DNA of 64,000 nucleotides from Candidatus Woesearchaeota archaeon (GCA_964530945.1 CAZHCJ010000001.1:2140-66139), one strand, 5' to 3'; counted from the first letter of the stretch, positions 38,648 to 48,810 are shown. Notes: a model not told the origin generated them from the sequence alone. Made by a program: numbers and translations.

Positions 38648-39631
38648 TTACTTCTTCCTTTTTTTAGAGTTTTTGGAAGTTTTCTTTTTTGAAGGTTTTT
38701 TTGGTTTTTTCTTTTTTGGTTTTGTTTTCTTCTTTAATTTTTTTGATTTTTTCTTAGTTTTTTTCTTGGTCTTACTTTTAGATTTCTTACTTTTGGTTTT
38801 TGTACCTTTCTTACTTGACTTCTTGGATTTCTTTGCTACCTTCTTTTCGGCTTTTTTCTTAGCGGCTTTTTTTCTTGCAATTGTCCTCCTTCTCTTCAAC
38901 TTACGCTCTCTCTTTCTTCTCTTGAGTGCCCTTTCTCTTTTTCTACTCAACCGTTCTTTCTCATTATCTATTTCTCTTTCTACTTCACTTAATTCTTGCT
39001 CATATTTCTTAAGATTCCTTTTTAAACCTCTTAAAAGTTTTGCATTATCTCTCAACTCAAAAATAGCCCCGCATTCTTGGCAAGCAAAATCATAAAGTAA
39101 CGCGTTTTCTTCTTTCAGTTCAATATTGCATCTGTTACAGATATAAAACTGGTTTTGTTCCCTACTCTTTATTTGATTCTCAATTTGGAAAATTCGGTGT
39201 TCAATCTTTTTCTTTAAAAAATCCAAGGCTTTCAATGCCTCTATTTTCCAAAAATAAGTATACCATCCTTTTTTCTTATCCTTTTTTCTTATACTGGAAA
39301 CCAATCCATAATCTGCAATTTTATAAAGAATGTTTCTTGTTTGGTTTATGGTTATATCTAATTTTTTTGCAATCAGAAATTCATTGGTATAACGTTTTAT
39401 ATCGAGCAACTCAACAATCTCTTCAGATTGTCTTCCTGCAACAATACCTATAACTTCTCTTAAAAGGTCTTGAAGTGTTTTCTTATTCTCCACTTCTTTT
39501 TTAGAAGAAACTTTTTTCTCTAACTTTTCTTTTTGCTTACTTTTTTTCTTGGAAGTTTTTTTGCTCTTCTTACTTTTGGATTTGGAAATCTTGCTCTTTT
39601 TATTCTTGCTTACTTTTTTTTTGGAGGGCAT
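38648..39631 (-). CDS. tfe: Transcription factor E (TFE alpha) with long Lys-rich N- and C-terminal extensions
   Basis: EFLIAKKLDITINQTRNILY, RKKDKKKGWYTYFW, CNRC...CQECG. Confidence 0.85.
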   Translation of the reverse strand: MPSKKKVSKNKKSKISKSKSKKSKKTSKKKSKQKEKLEKKVSSKKEVENKKTLQDLLREVIGIVAGRQSEEIVELLDIKRYTNEFLIAKKLDITINQTRNILYKIADYGLVSSIRKKDKKKGWYTYFWKIEALKALDFLKKKIEHRIFQIENQIKSREQNQFYICNRCNIELKEENALLYDFACQECGAIFELRDNAKLLRGLKRNLKKYEQELSEVEREIDNEKERLSRKRERALKRRKRERKLKRRRTIARKKAAKKKAEKKVAKKSKKSSKKGTKTKSKKSKSKTKKKTKKKSKKLKKKTKPKKKKPKKPSKKKTSKNSKKRKK

Positions 39632-39749
39632 ATTGAGTTTAAAGGGAATCTAAATAAATACCTTTCGGTTAAAGTATATAAAAATAAAAGTTTTTAAACC
39701 TATGTTGTATTTTATATATATTAAAAAGAGTATATTCGACTAACATAAA

Positions 39750-40352
39750 ATGGGTTTATTTGGAAAAAAGAAAAAAGAGGGTAAAAATCAGCCTGCCAAA
39801 GGTCAAACAATTCAAAATCAGACCTCTAGCCCTCAATTACCTGAATTACCTAAACTACCTGATTTGCCAAATTCTCAGCCTTCTCAAAAACAAGTCCACC
39901 AACTTCCGAGCATTCCTTCAAGTTCTATAGGAGATAAATTTTCTCAAGACAGTATTAAAGAAGCTGTCTCTGGAAGAAGAGGTGAAGAAGATGATGTTAA
40001 TGGTATTACCCAAATGATACAGAAACCTCAAAGAAAGATGATAAGAGAACTCGATGAGGAAATTGAGGCGGAAGAATTAGGAGTCCCTTCCTTTCCAAAA
40101 AGAACTCAATCATTTAAAGGCAGAAGACACACAGAAGGAGAACCTATATTTGTAAGAATTGATAATTTTGAAGAAGCAATAAAAACCTTTGACGAAGCAA
40201 ATAGTAAATTAGATGAAATGGAAAAGCTTCTCGAAAAAATAAAACAAGTTAAATCAGAGGAAGAACAAGAATTAGTTTCTTGGGAAAAAAATGTTAAAAA
40301 ATTAAAAAGAGAAATTGAAAAAATAGATCAAGATATTTTTTCAAAGATTTAG
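39750..40352 (+). CDS. Hypothetical protein, Pro-rich N-terminus and coiled-coil C-terminus
   Basis: LPELPKLPDLP; PIFVRIDNF followed by heptad repeats. Confidence 0.7.
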   Translation: MGLFGKKKKEGKNQPAKGQTIQNQTSSPQLPELPKLPDLPNSQPSQKQVHQLPSIPSSSIGDKFSQDSIKEAVSGRRGEEDDVNGITQMIQKPQRKMIRELDEEIEAEELGVPSFPKRTQSFKGRRHTEGEPIFVRIDNFEEAIKTFDEANSKLDEMEKLLEKIKQVKSEEEQELVSWEKNVKKLKREIEKIDQDIFSKI

Positions 40353-40363
40353 TTCTTTCAAAA

Positions 40364-40756
40364 ATGGCTAAAAAAAGTTCTTCTAAAAATGAGAATTCAA
40401 ACCTTGTCCATGTAAAACTAGAATTTGAAGAAGCGGTTAGGTCCAAAAAAAGTCTCCTAACCATGCAAATGTGGCTTCTTAAATCTGCAAGAAACATTGA
40501 AAAATACAAGTTGCTCAGAATAGAAGAACTTGAATTGAAAGAAAAACTTAGGGAAAAATCAAATCAAACTAAGAAACAAATTAAAAAATTAAAATCTATT
40601 CTTCCCCATCCAAAAATCCCTAAATCAATTAAAAAACCAGGAGAAGGCAGGGAGGAATCTGGAATAAGGCACATTGAAAATAAGGACAATAAGATAGAAA
40701 CCCAACTTTTGGAAATTCAAAGACGTTTAGATGCATTGCAATCTGAAAATATCTAA
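40364..40756 (+). CDS. Hypothetical coiled-coil protein
   Basis: 130-aa ORF co-oriented with its neighbours. Confidence 0.65.
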   Translation: MAKKSSSKNENSNLVHVKLEFEEAVRSKKSLLTMQMWLLKSARNIEKYKLLRIEELELKEKLREKSNQTKKQIKKLKSILPHPKIPKSIKKPGEGREESGIRHIENKDNKIETQLLEIQRRLDALQSENI

Positions 40757-40807
40757 CTTCTCGGGGCTCAGTGAAACGTTTTTAAAACTTATTTCATAAT
40801 AAATTTT

Positions 40808-42565
40808 ATGACAAAGAAAATTACTAGAAAAGAGCTCATAAAAAAATACAAGGAATTTTTCAAGAATAAAAAGCACGAAGTTATACCTTCAGGCTCTTTA
40901 ATTCCTATGAACGACCCTAGTGTTTTATTTACAACGGCAGGAATGCATCCTCTCGTCCCATATCTTTTAGGACAAAAACATCCTCTGGGCAAACGCATAG
41001 TAAATGTCCAAAAATGCATCCGGACTACAGACATAGATGAAGTGGGAGATACAATACATCATACATTTTTCGAGATGCTTGGCAATTGGAGTCTTGGAGA
41101 TTATTGGAAAAAAGAATCTATAGAAATGAGCCTTGAATTTCTCACAAAAAAACTTGGGATTGAAAAAGAGAAACTTGCAGTTTCAGTGTTCAAGGGAAAT
41201 GAAGACGCTCCAAAAGACGAGGAATCCGCAAAAGTTTGGGAGAATCTTAAAATAGGGCGAGAAAGAATCGCTTATCTAGGAAAAAGAGATAACTGGTGGG
41301 GGCCCGCAGGAGAAACAGGTCCATGCGGTCCGGACACTGAAATTTTTTATTGGAACTCTCAATCAGAAATCCCTAAAAAATTCGACCCTCAAGATAAACG
41401 TTGGGTTGAGATTTGGAATAATGTTTTTATGCAATATAATAAAACTTCTGATGGAAAGCTTGAACCTTTAAGTCAAAAAAACGTCGATACCGGGATGGGT
41501 GTTGAACGTACTGTGGCTGCGTTAAATGGAATAAATGATAATTACCTCACAGAAAGCTTCAAGCCACTTATTGACGAAATAGAACATCTCTGGAATATTA
41601 AATATGATTCTGAGAAAAACAAAAGATTAATCCGGATAGTTGCAGACCATATAAAAGCAGCAGTATTTATTGCTGCAGAAGGGATAACTCCTAGCAACAC
41701 AGAACAAGGCTATGTTTTAAGAAAACTAATTAGACGGGCATATACTCTCATCTACAGACATGGAAATAAAGGCGACCTTTTATCTCCGCTTGCTGAGAAA
41801 ATTCTTGATATTTATTCAGATTACAATTTAAGGAGAAAATGGAAGGAAATCTACGAAATAATAAAAAACGAAGAAAGAAAATTTGAAAAGACTATCGAAA
41901 AAGGCTTATCTAAATTTGAATCCATGATAAAAAACAAAAAAGCGCTCTCCGGAAAAGACGCTTTCCTCTTATATCAAAGTTATGGTTTTCCAATAGAACT
42001 CACAATGGAAATGGCTAAAGAAAAAAACGTCACGGTTGATAAAAAAGCTTTTGATAAAGAATATAAAAAACATCAGAAACTTTCAAAAACAGCCTCTAAA
42101 GGACGCTTCAGTTCTGGGCTAGCAGACAAAAGTGAAAAAACAATAAAATTGCATACTGCGACACATCTTCTAAACGAAGCCTTGAGACAAGTTCTCGGAA
42201 AAGAAGTAAAACAAAAAGGTTCGAACATAACTCCTGAACGTTTACGTTTTGATTTCAACTTTCCAAGAAAACTTACTAAAGAAGAGATTAGAAAGTTGGA
42301 AACCCTCGTAAATGAAAAAATAAAACAAGGGCTCAAGGTAACAAGTGAAGAAATGCCCCTCAAAAAGGCTTTAAATTCGGGGGCTCAATCAGAATTTGGA
42401 ACAAAATACCCTGAAGTAGTAAGTGTTTATAGTATTGGAAATTTCAGCAAAGAAATTTGTACCGGACCGCACGTAAAAAACACGAAGGAAATCGGAAAAT
42501 TCAAAATCCTGAAAGAAAAATCAAGTGCTGCAGGAGTAAGAAGAATTCGTGCGGTAGTCGAGTGA
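40808..42565 (+). CDS. alaS: Alanine--tRNA ligase lacking the C-Ala domain
   Basis: LFTTAGM, HHTFFEMLGNWS, GPCGPDTE, VDTGMGVER, editing motifs HTATH and CTGPH; ends at GVRRIRA. Confidence 0.96.
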   Translation: MTKKITRKELIKKYKEFFKNKKHEVIPSGSLIPMNDPSVLFTTAGMHPLVPYLLGQKHPLGKRIVNVQKCIRTTDIDEVGDTIHHTFFEMLGNWSLGDYWKKESIEMSLEFLTKKLGIEKEKLAVSVFKGNEDAPKDEESAKVWENLKIGRERIAYLGKRDNWWGPAGETGPCGPDTEIFYWNSQSEIPKKFDPQDKRWVEIWNNVFMQYNKTSDGKLEPLSQKNVDTGMGVERTVAALNGINDNYLTESFKPLIDEIEHLWNIKYDSEKNKRLIRIVADHIKAAVFIAAEGITPSNTEQGYVLRKLIRRAYTLIYRHGNKGDLLSPLAEKILDIYSDYNLRRKWKEIYEIIKNEERKFEKTIEKGLSKFESMIKNKKALSGKDAFLLYQSYGFPIELTMEMAKEKNVTVDKKAFDKEYKKHQKLSKTASKGRFSSGLADKSEKTIKLHTATHLLNEALRQVLGKEVKQKGSNITPERLRFDFNFPRKLTKEEIRKLETLVNEKIKQGLKVTSEEMPLKKALNSGAQSEFGTKYPEVVSVYSIGNFSKEICTGPHVKNTKEIGKFKILKEKSSAAGVRRIRAVVE

Positions 42566-42599
42566 GTTTTTTATATTAGAAAAAATAAAGTTTGAAAAG

Positions 42600-43133
42600 T
42601 TAAAGTTTTTTTCTCAAATCCGAAAATGGTTTAAGGACATCAGGATGAAGTGTTCCTTCCAAACCTTTCATGACTTCATCAACAGCTTGCAAATCCGCCA
42701 TTGTATATGTTTTAACGTTTCCAGCTCCAGAACCTTGTGCCACATGTTGCGCCTCTGGCGCCACACCAACGAGACGGCCACCGCCATTGCCGAGATTGCT
42801 CGTGCCATAGACATTCGAACTATTCTCAAGCCTGCCGACATACCACGCCCTCATTTCAGGCATATTACTTTGTGCGTGAATTGGGAAAACTCCCATCGCA
42901 GTATCATAACCAAATCTTTCTTTTCCTTCTGCAAAAATATGATCAACATAATCGTTTAAAAGTGCTTGGTCTCTTGCCAAAATTTTCCAAACAGGATGGG
43001 TTTTTACATCTTCTCTTGACATTTGTTCATTCACTTTTCCAATTTTTCCTTTAAACTCTTCTCCATCCGTTGCATCATATTGCTCCGGAGTTATTGCCAA
43101 CGCGCCACCTATTCTCTGTGTTTCTGGGGTCAT
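42600..43133 (-). CDS. Second putative DGR target protein
   Basis: MRAWYVGRLENSSNVYGTSNLGNGGGRLVGVAPEA; 32 codons without third-position A, then a GCGCC-AGA-GGCGC hairpin. Confidence 0.62.
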   Translation of the reverse strand: MTPETQRIGGALAITPEQYDATDGEEFKGKIGKVNEQMSREDVKTHPVWKILARDQALLNDYVDHIFAEGKERFGYDTAMGVFPIHAQSNMPEMRAWYVGRLENSSNVYGTSNLGNGGGRLVGVAPEAQHVAQGSGAGNVKTYTMADLQAVDEVMKGLEGTLHPDVLKPFSDLRKKL

Positions 43134-43159
43134 TACATTAAATTATATTCTTAAGCAAA

Positions 43160-44224
43160 TCACTCCAACCTATACTCTTCGGCAAGCATGTACTCTCTTT
43201 CTAAATTATCTTTTTTCCATTGCTTCAAGAAACCCAAAAAATTCCTATCCCTTATATCTTCCAAATCATCTGCATCTCCATACTCCTCTAACCCTTTTGG
43301 AAGAATTATTCCGTCTGAGAGTGTTAAGAGTTCAGGATTCGAATTTAATTTGACACCTCCTACATACGAAATTCCACTATCAGATATTATTGCAGGTCCA
43401 GAAGTTTCAACAAAACAAAAACCAGTGCCATTTAAACTGTGTTTTGAAGGACAACCTACCCCTACCGCTTCATGATTCTCATCACTATAATAAAAGATTG
43501 AGGTTTCATAATCAAGTTCTTTCAATATCAGAGCTAGCAACAAAGACTTCTCTCCACAAATCCCTTCTTCATCAAACAAAACCTCGTAAGGATATCTTGA
43601 ATATGCAATCTTTTGGTTCCTTATGGAAAAAATTTGGTTGGAATGTCCGTAAGGAATGTTTTGGACCATACTTATCGCAATCCTTGCTTGATCTACTTTG
43701 CTTTTTGGTGCAAGATTTTGTATTTTTTTTACCAAAGGCAAAACAGTTTCTCTTTGCAAAGAATCATCCAACCCTTGATATTTAAAATCTAAACGGGAAA
43801 TATTTTCTTGAGAAGAATCAATTCCACGAGGAAGATTTCCAACATAATCATCTATTCCAGAAAAAACTGTAAAAATTGTGCTTTTCATTTTTCCTTCCAA
43901 AACATAGGTTAAGTTAATATCTCTTGGATTTTGATGCTCTAAAGAAACACAAAAATCTCCTTGCTTAAAAAAATCGAAATTTTCTGAACTCGGACAACCG
44001 CAACGAGTTGCGTTTTCAACCAAAACCCCTTCGTCACAAAAGTATGGTTTATCTATCGAACACGAATCATAAGGAGTCCCATCCCCACATTCTAGAACTA
44101 AAGTCTTGGGAACCTCATCCCCACCTGCTAAAGCAAAAATTCCCAAAATTAAAAATACTAAGATTAAAACCGCCCCGAATATGTAATTCCCATGCAATTC
44201 TAATGCCTCTTTTAAATTCAACAT
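43160..44224 (-). CDS. Membrane-anchored transglutaminase-like protein
   Basis: N-terminal TM, Cys-rich segment, VQNIPY, YPYEVLF..GICGEKSLLLA, HEAVG, FVETS. Confidence 0.75.
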   Translation of the reverse strand: MLNLKEALELHGNYIFGAVLILVFLILGIFALAGGDEVPKTLVLECGDGTPYDSCSIDKPYFCDEGVLVENATRCGCPSSENFDFFKQGDFCVSLEHQNPRDINLTYVLEGKMKSTIFTVFSGIDDYVGNLPRGIDSSQENISRLDFKYQGLDDSLQRETVLPLVKKIQNLAPKSKVDQARIAISMVQNIPYGHSNQIFSIRNQKIAYSRYPYEVLFDEEGICGEKSLLLALILKELDYETSIFYYSDENHEAVGVGCPSKHSLNGTGFCFVETSGPAIISDSGISYVGGVKLNSNPELLTLSDGIILPKGLEEYGDADDLEDIRDRNFLGFLKQWKKDNLEREYMLAEEYRLE

Positions 44225-44261
44225 AAAACTATCTAGATAATCAATTATAAAAAACTAACTT

Positions 44262-46769
44262 TTACTCAAGATAAATCCCTGGCTTGCCTGTTTTGACTTT
44301 CTTTGATTTGTTTTCCGGGTCATACTTATCTTTCTCATTTACTGCATAAATTTTTATTTCTAAACTTGTCTTTTTCTCAATATAATCTTTCTTTCCAAGA
44401 TAGACTTTCTTTTCCTGAGGCAGAACATAAATATGTGCCTTACTGACATTTGTTTCGACAAGTTCTAAGATTTTATTTACATCCTCAATAAGCATCTCAA
44501 CAAATTCTTCCTCTTTCTCCAAGCTCTCGTTGATTTTGCTTTCATCAACTTTAGGCCAACTTTCAACACTTAACATCTTTTTATTTCCAAGTTTCTGCCA
44601 AATCTCTTCGGTTATGTGCGGGCAAAAAACATGTAAAAGTTTTAAGAATTTCTCAAAAGACTTCTTGTCCGCACCCTGTTCTAAATGATTAAACAACTCA
44701 CGAATTTTTATTACAGCTAAATCATATCTCATCTCTTGAACATCTTTGCTCACAAGTTTAATTGTCTTGTTTAATTTGTGATCTGTAAGGGCATCAATTT
44801 TTGTGTCAAACTGATTTTTCTCCGCAAAGCCAATGACATTCCTCACAAATCTTAAACTTCCTTCAATTCCTTCATCGCTCCAGTGCCTGTCTTTATCTGG
44901 AGAACCTATGGAAACTAAAAATAGCCTGGCAGTGTCTATCCCATACTTGTCACTTATAACGTCCGGGTAAACTCCATTGCCCCTTGATTTGGACATCACA
45001 TATCCATCCTCTCCATGAAGCATTCCTTGGTTAAACAAATTCTTGAAAGGTTCATCAATTTCCAAGAAACCTAAATCTCTCAAAGCCTTAACAAAAAATC
45101 TAGCATAAATAAGATGCATTGTTGCATGCTCTGCCCCTCCTATATACTGGTCAACAGGCATCCAATACCCAACTTTTTTAGCTCCAAAAGGTTTTTTCGA
45201 ATTCTTATTATCGCAATACCTCAGGTAGTACCATGAACTGTCAAAAAACGTGTCCATAGTGTCTGTTTCTCTTCTGGCATTAGCGTTACATTTGGGACAC
45301 TTAGCCTCAAGCCATTTTTTGTTTGTCAACAAAGGATTCCCTTTTCCAAACCTAACTTCCTCAGGAAGCTTAACAGGCAAGTCTTTTTCAGGAACAGGAA
45401 CAACTCCACACTTTTCACAATAAACAATTGGAATGGGGGTCCCCCAATATCTCTGTCTTGAAACGAGCCAATCTCTTAGCTTGAATTGCACTTTACTTCT
45501 AGCTTTCTTTTTTCTTTCCAAATGTGCTGTAATCTTCTTTATTGCCTCATTACTTTTAACTCCATTGAATTCTCCAGAATTAACCAAGTATCCTTCTCCA
45601 GTATATGCTCTTGGAATCTCTCCTTTCCGTTCATAAATCTCGTAGTCTTTAGGCTCAACAACAACTTCCACGGGCAAGCCATACTTTTCAGCAAACTCAA
45701 AATCACGTTGGTCATGAGCGGGCACGCCCATCACCATTCCACTACCATAATCTGCGACAACAAAATTCCCTGCATAAATCGGAACTTTCTCTCCACTAAT
45801 GGGATTTGTTGCATAGCTTCCTGTAAAAACACCTTCTTTTTCAAGGCCTTCAAGTTCTTTTTCGCTAATGGATTTTATTTTTTTCAGAAAGGATTCAACT
45901 TTCTTTCTTTGTTCTTTTGTGACCAAATTCATCAGTTCAGGATGTTGGGCAGAAACAACCATAAACTTAACCCCATAAATAGTATCAGGCCTTGTGGTGA
46001 AAATCTTCCAAACCTTACCATTTATATCAAAATCTATTTCTGTCCCCTCACTGCGACCAATCCAATTCTTTTGCATGATTTTAATCCTGCGAGGCCAATT
46101 CAAAGTGTCCACCTTATCCAAAAGCTCTTCCGCATATTCAGTAGTTTTTAGGAACCACTGCTTCAATTGTTTTACCTCCACTTCTGTATCTTCGTGGCGC
46201 CAACACTTACCATTATGAACCTGCTCATTTGCAAGAACCGTGTCGCATTTAGGACACCAATTAACATTTGAAAGTTTTCTGTAAGCCAATCCTTTTTCCA
46301 AGAATTTCAAAAAGAAAAACTGATTCCATTTATAATACTCTACATCAGAAGTTTTCAAAGTTCGCCTCCAATCATAACTCAATCCAAGAGTCTTTAATTG
46401 AGAAGTATAATTCCGTGTTGAGTGTTTAATAGTCTCTTTAGGATGTTTTTTTTCTTTTATTGCGGCATTTTCGGCAGGCAAACCAAAACTATCATAACCC
46501 ATTGCATAAAGAACATTAAATCCATTCATTCTCTTAAATCTGGAAAAAACATCTCCTATTGTGTAATTAAAGGCGTGGCCCATGTGAAGCTTTGAACCAG
46601 AAGGGTATGGGAACATCTCAATCACAGTAAATTTTTTCTTTCCAGATTTCAAACTAACCTCAAACACTTTCTCCTTTTCCCACTTCTTCTGCCACTTCTT
46701 TTCAATTTTTGCAAAATCAAATTTAGTTTTCTTTTTCTCTGTCTTTTTCTTAAGTTTTTTCTTAGCCAT
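44262..46769 (-). CDS. leuS: Leucine--tRNA ligase with bacterial-type core
   Basis: MFPYPSG..LHMGH, GLPAENAAI, TVLANEQV, FTTRPDT, DWLVSRQRYWGTPIP, DTMDTFFDSSWY, VMSKS. Confidence 0.96.
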   Translation of the reverse strand: MAKKKLKKKTEKKKTKFDFAKIEKKWQKKWEKEKVFEVSLKSGKKKFTVIEMFPYPSGSKLHMGHAFNYTIGDVFSRFKRMNGFNVLYAMGYDSFGLPAENAAIKEKKHPKETIKHSTRNYTSQLKTLGLSYDWRRTLKTSDVEYYKWNQFFFLKFLEKGLAYRKLSNVNWCPKCDTVLANEQVHNGKCWRHEDTEVEVKQLKQWFLKTTEYAEELLDKVDTLNWPRRIKIMQKNWIGRSEGTEIDFDINGKVWKIFTTRPDTIYGVKFMVVSAQHPELMNLVTKEQRKKVESFLKKIKSISEKELEGLEKEGVFTGSYATNPISGEKVPIYAGNFVVADYGSGMVMGVPAHDQRDFEFAEKYGLPVEVVVEPKDYEIYERKGEIPRAYTGEGYLVNSGEFNGVKSNEAIKKITAHLERKKKARSKVQFKLRDWLVSRQRYWGTPIPIVYCEKCGVVPVPEKDLPVKLPEEVRFGKGNPLLTNKKWLEAKCPKCNANARRETDTMDTFFDSSWYYLRYCDNKNSKKPFGAKKVGYWMPVDQYIGGAEHATMHLIYARFFVKALRDLGFLEIDEPFKNLFNQGMLHGEDGYVMSKSRGNGVYPDVISDKYGIDTARLFLVSIGSPDKDRHWSDEGIEGSLRFVRNVIGFAEKNQFDTKIDALTDHKLNKTIKLVSKDVQEMRYDLAVIKIRELFNHLEQGADKKSFEKFLKLLHVFCPHITEEIWQKLGNKKMLSVESWPKVDESKINESLEKEEEFVEMLIEDVNKILELVETNVSKAHIYVLPQEKKVYLGKKDYIEKKTSLEIKIYAVNEKDKYDPENKSKKVKTGKPGIYLE

Positions 46770-46821
46770 AAACCTAAAAGTTTCTAGGAACTTTTAAATA
46801 TTGTCCTATGCTCTTAGATGC

Positions 46822-47340
46822 ATGGGAACAATAGAAGCGCACATCGTAGGAAACATCATCTCCAGTAACTCTGATGAAGCATTCACATTATATAAAAAAA
46901 GCAATTTTGGAGAACCTTCTGGAGAAAAAATACGCTATTCATTCTCCGAGGCACTCTTTCTCCTAGAAAAAAATAAACTCTGTATCATTCAACGTAAAAC
47001 AAAACTCAAATCTAAAGAGTTAATAAAAAAGCTTCATCGTAAAGACAAAAGGATTCAAACAAAATACGCAGTTTACCGTGATTTGAGAGAACGTGGATAT
47101 ATCGTCAAAACAGCGTTAAAATTCGGTGCTGATTTTAGAGTTTATGATAAAGGGAAAGGCCCTGGAAAAACTCACGCTAAATGGATTGTTTTTGCAGATA
47201 ACGAATCAAATAGGATAACTTGGAGCGACTTTTCGGCAAAAAATCGTGTAGCGCACAGCACAAGAAAAAAGCTGTTACTAGCAGTAGTGGATGAAGAAAA
47301 CGCAGTAAGTTACTACGAAGTTTCTTGGATAAAGCCTTAA
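46822..47340 (+). CDS. endA: tRNA-intron (splicing) endonuclease
   Basis: EALFL, VYRDLRERGYIVKTALKFGADFRVY, HA, RVAHSTRKKLLLAVVD. Confidence 0.95.
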   Translation: MGTIEAHIVGNIISSNSDEAFTLYKKSNFGEPSGEKIRYSFSEALFLLEKNKLCIIQRKTKLKSKELIKKLHRKDKRIQTKYAVYRDLRERGYIVKTALKFGADFRVYDKGKGPGKTHAKWIVFADNESNRITWSDFSAKNRVAHSTRKKLLLAVVDEENAVSYYEVSWIKP

Positions 47341-47379
47341 CACAAGAATATTTATAATCTCTTTTATTTTTTCTAAAGC

Positions 47380-48321
47380 ATGAACGAAAAAAAAGATACT
47401 GGTGAGATAAAACAAAAAATTCTCTCAATAATTAACCTGCGAGGACCTAGTCTTCCTGTGCATATTGCTCGCGAAATAAAATCAGATATGCTCTTCACTT
47501 CTGCATTTCTTTCCGAGCTTGTTTCTGAGAAAAAACTTAAACTAAGTAAAATGCGCGTCGGCAGCTCTCCTTTATATTTTATTCCTGGTCAAGAAAATCA
47601 GTTAGAAAAATTCATTGAATATTTAAATCATAAGGAAAAAGAAGCTCTTGAATTATTAAACAATAAAGAAACACTCAAAGATAAGGACCAAGAACCCTCT
47701 ATCAGAGTAGCATTGCGCTCTCTAAGAGATTTTGCAGAGCCTTTCAAAAAAACTCCTGAAGGAGATATTTTTTGGCGACGTATAAGTCCAAAAACTCAAA
47801 TTAAAGAAAAAACTATTAAAGAAGAAAATGAAAAAACAAAACAAGAAAAAAACGAGGAGGAATTAGGGATACTTGAGAATTACACAAATCCCGAGAGCGG
47901 TGAAGAAAAAAAGAGATCTGAAGAAGAAAATGAAAAAGAGTTGCCTAAAGAAACCAAGCCAATAAAAATCAAAGAACGTAAGAAAGTAAAAAGGAAACGC
48001 AGCACGAGTTCTTCAAAAACTAAAAAAGAAAAATTCTTTGACCTCGTTAAGCGTTCACTAGACAAACAAGGCATAAAATTAATAGACATAGTGGGTTTTG
48101 CTCGTGGGAGAATTTCTTTAATTGTTGAGCACCAGGGTAAAAAACACTTTCTTATGGCATATAATAAAAAAAGAATCAATGAGACAGACATTGGTAGGGC
48201 AAGCAAAGGTGCAAAAAAACACGGCCTCCCCTACGTCGTTTTAAGTAAAGGCGGACCATTAAAAAGAATAGAAAGCCTCAAAAAAGATTTGGAGAAGCTT
48301 TCTGAATTTAGGAAAATTTAA
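47380..48321 (+). CDS. Hypothetical protein with wHTH-like N-terminus
   Basis: GPSLPVHIAREI...SAFLSELV...VGSSPLYF; charged linker. Confidence 0.7.
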   Translation: MNEKKDTGEIKQKILSIINLRGPSLPVHIAREIKSDMLFTSAFLSELVSEKKLKLSKMRVGSSPLYFIPGQENQLEKFIEYLNHKEKEALELLNNKETLKDKDQEPSIRVALRSLRDFAEPFKKTPEGDIFWRRISPKTQIKEKTIKEENEKTKQEKNEEELGILENYTNPESGEEKKRSEEENEKELPKETKPIKIKERKKVKRKRSTSSSKTKKEKFFDLVKRSLDKQGIKLIDIVGFARGRISLIVEHQGKKHFLMAYNKKRINETDIGRASKGAKKHGLPYVVLSKGGPLKRIESLKKDLEKLSEFRKI

Positions 48322-48345
48322 AAACACAAACTTATCATATCTAAC

Positions 48346-48537
48346 ATGGGAAAGATAAAAACAAAACTAATTAAGAATACTGCCGAGAAGCTCATAGAAG
48401 AAGGTATAGAATTTAATGAAGATTTTGAAAAAAACAAAAAGATACTTGGAGATACTATGCCAAGCAAAAAAATTCGTAATCAAGTGGCAGGATACTTGTC
48501 AAGAAAAATCAGGCAAGAAAAGAACAAGAGCTACTAA
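48346..48537 (+). CDS. rps17e: 30S ribosomal protein S17e
   Basis: MGKIKTKLIK, FNEDFEKNK, SKKIRNQVAGYL. Confidence 0.93.
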   Translation: MGKIKTKLIKNTAEKLIEEGIEFNEDFEKNKKILGDTMPSKKIRNQVAGYLSRKIRQEKNKSY

Positions 48538-48738
48538 CTACTTCTTTTTCTTTTCAGATAAAAGACCCTCTATCTTCTTCAATCTCTTATTAATGCTCTC
48601 AATCTCTTTCTTCTTCTTACGATTTATCCAAACATTTATGCTGTTGAAAACAATATAAAGAAAAATGATTCCTCCTAATGCCTGTACAAAAACACTTAGT
48701 GAGGCAATTTGGTCTGCTAGAGTCTCTACCGTAACCAT
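48538..48738 (-). CDS. Small single-TM protein
   Basis: One hydrophobic helix and a basic tail. Confidence 0.55.
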   Translation of the reverse strand: MVTVETLADQIASLSVFVQALGGIIFLYIVFNSINVWINRKKKKEIESINKRLKKIEGLLSEKKKK

Positions 48739-48810
48739 ATCATGGTGAAGTATCTTTCCTTTTTAAATTTAAAGAAAAACACTTTTAAATCAAAATTATC
48801 TTGTATATTC

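Noticed and set aside
38628..39095. Phe/Leu-rich plus-strand ORF (likewise 49423..49701) as a membrane protein
   Set aside because: Antisense shadow of Lys-rich genes.
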